Shown one piece after another: positions 61,047 through 64,000 of a stretch of 64,000 nucleotides of DNA. The position numbers were made by a program, and so were the translations under genes. The notes below the pieces were generated by a model. The model was not told the DNA's origin and made no database searches. It saw nothing but the letters and a program-made list of their open reading frames with translations. Origin of the DNA: an uncultured Candidatus Rokubacteria bacterium (GTDB lineage Bacteria; Methylomirabilota; Methylomirabilia; Rokubacteriales; CSP1-6); contig CAVWWD010000008.1 in NCBI GenBank assembly GCA_963758635.1, positions 1,024,001-1,088,000 on the forward strand. The letters are read 5' to 3'. How positions within the stretch are numbered: position 1 is the stretch's first letter; every line of letters begins with the position of its first letter.

Positions 61047-61183
61047 GCGGATCTCCTCGATGCGGGAAGGGTGGGTACGCGGCCCATGATAACGGGCCGC
61101 GTCAGGAACTCAAAGCCTCCATCCCCTCGCGGTTTTTTGCGACGGGGCGGACCGCGTGCTAGCGTGGCCGAAGGGAGGAGCCG

Positions 61184-63020
61184 GTGCACATCGACGACAG
61201 CCTGGTTTACCTGCTCGCCCTCGTGACGGTGGCCGTCCTGATGGTCGGGCTCGCGCAAGCGCTCCAGGGCCCGCCGACGTCCCGGGAGCAGAGGCGGCAG
61301 GCGATGCTCGCGTCGCATCGCCGCTCTCCGGGACTGCTCATCGGCACGTTCGCGCCACCTCCCGCCGAGAAGCTTTCCGATCTCATGCTGTCCCCGGTCG
61401 CCCGCGACGCGATGGAGACCGCGGGCGCTCCGGTCGGCCGCATGCCGGCGGCCGCGCCCGCCGAGCCGATCACGCCCCGAGCTGATCACGCTCGCCGAGC
61501 CGATCACGCGGCTCGAGCCCGAGCCCGCGCCGGCCGTTTCCGAGGCCGAGCCCGTGCCCGTGGACGCGGTCCTGGCCATCCTGGCCACGGACGCGCCGGC
61601 CCCGGCCGCCGACGCGACGAGCCCGAACGAGAGCATCCCGCTCGATGCGATGCCCGCGCTCGTTGCGCTCACGGCGGAGTTCGCGCGGCCCGACGCGGTC
61701 GTCGCGCTGGATGCGCTGCCGGAACCCGAGGCGCTCGCGGTGGTCGCCCCGAGCGCGGAGGCCGCCGCCGCCGCGGATCTCGCGCTCCCGGAGACGATCG
61801 TCGCCGCCGCGGCGCCGGAGCCCGCCCTGGCCGATGTCGCCCCGCCGGTCGCGGCGGCCGCCGTCGGCACGCCGGCGGCGCTCGACGCGAGCGAGATCGC
61901 CGATGTCCCGCAGTGCCTCCGCGCATACGAGGCCGGCGCGCACACGGCGGTGGGCCAGGCGGCGACCCGGCTGGCGCGGACGCGCTCCGGCGCCAGGCGC
62001 GCGCGGAAGTCGGTCGCTCCGCCTGTGCCGGGCGAGCAGGTCGCACTCTGGGCCATCCTCGGACTCTCGCGCCGCGCCCTGGGCGAGGCGGCGGGCGCCC
62101 GCGCGGCGTTCGACTCGGCCACGCGGTGGCTGCCCGACGTCAAGCCGCCCGACATCCCCGCGGCCGTGGTCGACGCGGCGCCCGTGCTCGGACGGCACCT
62201 GCTGCTCGCCGGCGAGGACGGCGCCGCCGCACCCGAGGCGCGCCACCTGGCCCTGCGTCTCGCCACCGCATGTCTCGAGTGGGGGACGGCCGGCGCCGCC
62301 TCCGACGGCCTCGCCGCCCTCGTCTCGCGCGCCCGCGACACGTTCGCCGCGGCGAGCGAGCAGCGCATCGTCGAGTTGCTCGGCCGGCGCGACTTCACCG
62401 CGGCCCAGCGCCTCGTCCGGGAGACGCTCGGCTCGCCGCTGGTCGGCGACGAGCGGCGCGACGCCTTCCGCGACCTCCTCTGGACCACGCTCACCGCCGA
62501 GGTGGACCGGCTGGTGGGCGAGGCGCGCGAGGGCCGGCGCGCCGCCGATCCCCTGAAGGGCCTGGCCGCGGCCGCGGCCGTCGTGGCCGCCATCCCCGCC
62601 GACCTGGTGGGCGCGGCCCGCCGCGAGGACCTGGCGCGGCGCGTATGGGCGGGGCACATGAAGCTCGGGCTCGCTCGCGCGGAGCGAGGAGATCTGGACG
62701 GGGCGATGGCGCCGCTCATCCAGGCAGTCGAGACCTCGGGAGTGGATCCGGACCGCCATGCCGAGGCTCGCGCGGCCCTCGCCCGCACGGTCGGGGTCCT
62801 CGTGGAGCGCCTCGGCGCGGAGAGCCTCACCGAGCTGCGTGAGGGGGACCTGGACGCGGCGCTCGCCGCCTCGCGACGGCTCAGCGAGGTGCTGGACCTG
62901 GCGCTGGAGCGAGGGTTGTCACCGGAAGACCTGCGCGCCTCCCTCGAGCGGCGGCAGGACGTGCTGCTGTCGATCGCCGAGGGCCGGACGCCCTCGCGCG
63001 ACGGCTACTCGACGACCTGA
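61184..63020 (+). CDS. Membrane-anchored hypothetical protein with an acidic Pro/Ala linker and helical (TPR-like) C-terminus (frameshift near 61485)
   Basis: RBS GGAGG, N-terminal TM, EPEP-rich linker, all-alpha repeats. Confidence 0.6.
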
Positions 63021-63023
63021 CGC

Positions 63024-63105
63024 TGGCGACCTCGCAGAATACGGTAACGCCACGGGCCCCTATAGTCCCACCGCTCGGCATTAGTCTGATGCGCGAGGCT
63101 CACTA
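63024..63105. mobile_element. MITE-like element, copy 2
   Basis: Near-identical to 5742-5817; ends TGGCGACCTCGCAGAAT and ATGCGCGAGGCTCACTA are imperfect inverted repeats. Confidence 0.6.
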
Positions 63106-63127
63106 GCTCGACGGCCTGACGGGCCGG

Positions 63128-64000
63128 CTACTCGACCGACCGGCGGCGAATCTCCTCGAACACCTCGAGCGGCACCGTCCCGAAGCTCGTCACCACCGCG
63201 GGGTCGAAGTGCGTGCCCGCGCAGCGCTGGATCTCGGTCCGCGCGTCCTCGAAGGAGATGGCGCGCGAGTAGGGCCGGTCGAACGTCATGGCGTCGAAGG
63301 CGTCGGCCACCGCGAAGATGCGCGCGCCGAGCGGGACGTCCTCGCCGCGGAGCCCCTCCGGGTAGCCGGTGCCGTCCCAGCGCTCGTGATGGTGGTAGAC
63401 GATGGGAACGGCCCCGCGCAGGAACGGGATCTGCTCGATCATGGCCCGCCCGAGCTCCGGATGCGTCCGCATGATCTTCCACTCCGCCGGCGTGAGCGGG
63501 CCCGGCTTGAGCAGGATCGCGTCGGGGATCCCGATCTTGCCGATGTCGTGGAGCAGCACCCCGTGCTCGACGTCGCGGAGGTCCGCGGCGGGCACGCCGT
63601 GGACGCGCGCGATGGCGAGCGAGTAGCCGCGCACGCGCCGCGAGTGGGCATGGGTGCCGAGGTCGCGCGTGTCGATGGCCGAGCCGAGGGCCTCCAGCGT
63701 GCTGCGGTACGTGTCCTCGAGCTGGTTGAGGGTGGCGGCGAGATCCGGGTGGCCTCCTCGACCCGGCGCTCGAGGAGGGCGTGGTACTCGCGCCGCTCCA
63801 GGACGAGCTGCCGGTGCTCGACGGCGCGCTCCGCGGCGATGAGCAGCTCGTCCATGTTCACCGGCTTCAGGATGAAGTCGTACGCGCCGAACTTGAGCGC
63901 CTCCACCGCGGTGGGCACGTCGCCGACGCCGGTGAGCACGAGGACGGCGGCGTCGGGCTCCATGGCGCGCGCCTGCTTGAGGAACGTGAGGCCGTCCATC
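63128..64000 (-). CDS. REC + HD-GYP cyclic dinucleotide phosphodiesterase (5' end outside window; frameshift near 63742)
   Basis: MDGL...GAYDFILKP receiver; HSRRV, LHDIGK, HHERWDGTGYP, ADAFDAM, FDP. Confidence 0.9.
   Translation of the reverse strand, partial: DGRPHVPQAGARHGARRRRPRAHRRRRRAHRGGGAQVRRVRLHPEAGEHGRAAHRRGARRRAPAARPGAARVPRPPRAPGRGGHPDLAATLNQLEDTYRSTLEALGSAIDTRDLGTHAHSRRVRGYSLAIARVHGVPAADLRDVEHGVLLHDIGKIGIPDAILLKPGPLTPAEWKIMRTHPELGRAMIEQIPFLRGAVPIVYHHHERWDGTGYPEGLRGEDVPLGARIFAVADAFDAMTFDRPYSRAISFEDARTEIQRCAGTHFDPAVVTSFGTVPLEVFEEIRRRSVE

Noticed and set aside
5742..63105. Repeat pair as attL/attR of a 57-kb island, or as a c-di-GMP riboswitch
   Set aside because: No integrase or tRNA, the copies are diverged and carry their own terminal inverted repeats, and the GEMM motifs (GGCAAA...GAAA...GACGCAAAGC) are absent.
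1..64000. About 20 frameshifted genes read as pseudogenisation or programmed frameshifting
   Set aside because: Single-base indels are scattered over unrelated genes, often in GC runs, while protein motifs stay intact. This is typical of unpolished long-read consensus.
1..64000. CRISPR arrays, tRNA/rRNA genes, transposases
   Set aside because: No regularly spaced direct repeats, cloverleaf-like segments or DDE/HUH/recombinase ORFs were recognised by eye. A tRNAscan/Rfam run would be needed to exclude small RNAs.

Overview
Very GC-rich, gene-dense bacterial chromosomal window. The many family-5 (Dpp/Opp-like) ABC binding proteins, luciferase-like monooxygenases and STAND-TPR ATPase suggest a soil/sediment Candidatus Rokubacteria (Methylomirabilota)-like genome (inference only). 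About 20 genes carry single-base frameshifts, most likely long-read consensus errors, so coordinates are given for reconstructed genes. Contents: (1) 1-9.5 kb, a minus-strand cluster: ROK kinase, alpha/beta-hydrolase-glycosyltransferase fusion, OsmC-like protein, V4R/H-NOX-like+GAF histidine kinase, REC-class III cyclase with non-canonical catalytic residues, sigma54 activator and soluble transhydrogenase. This is the best candidate for an undescribed system. (2) Four Dpp-type ABC clusters (6 binding proteins, 4 permease pairs, no ATPase) mixed with catabolic enzymes. (3) An LLM-hydrolase-CoA ligase-STAND operon, a sigma54-preceded small lipoprotein/Pal locus, a heme c/copper monooxygenase, a FluG-like GS plus broken amidohydrolase, a Liv-type ABC system, a thiolase/DUF35/decarboxylating dehydrogenase operon and an HD-GYP regulator. 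Non-coding features: two copies of a ~80-bp MITE-like element 57 kb apart, three long intergenic inverted repeats, two sigma54 promoters and a recurrent extended -10 motif. No rRNA, tRNA, CRISPR array, integrase or transposase was seen.
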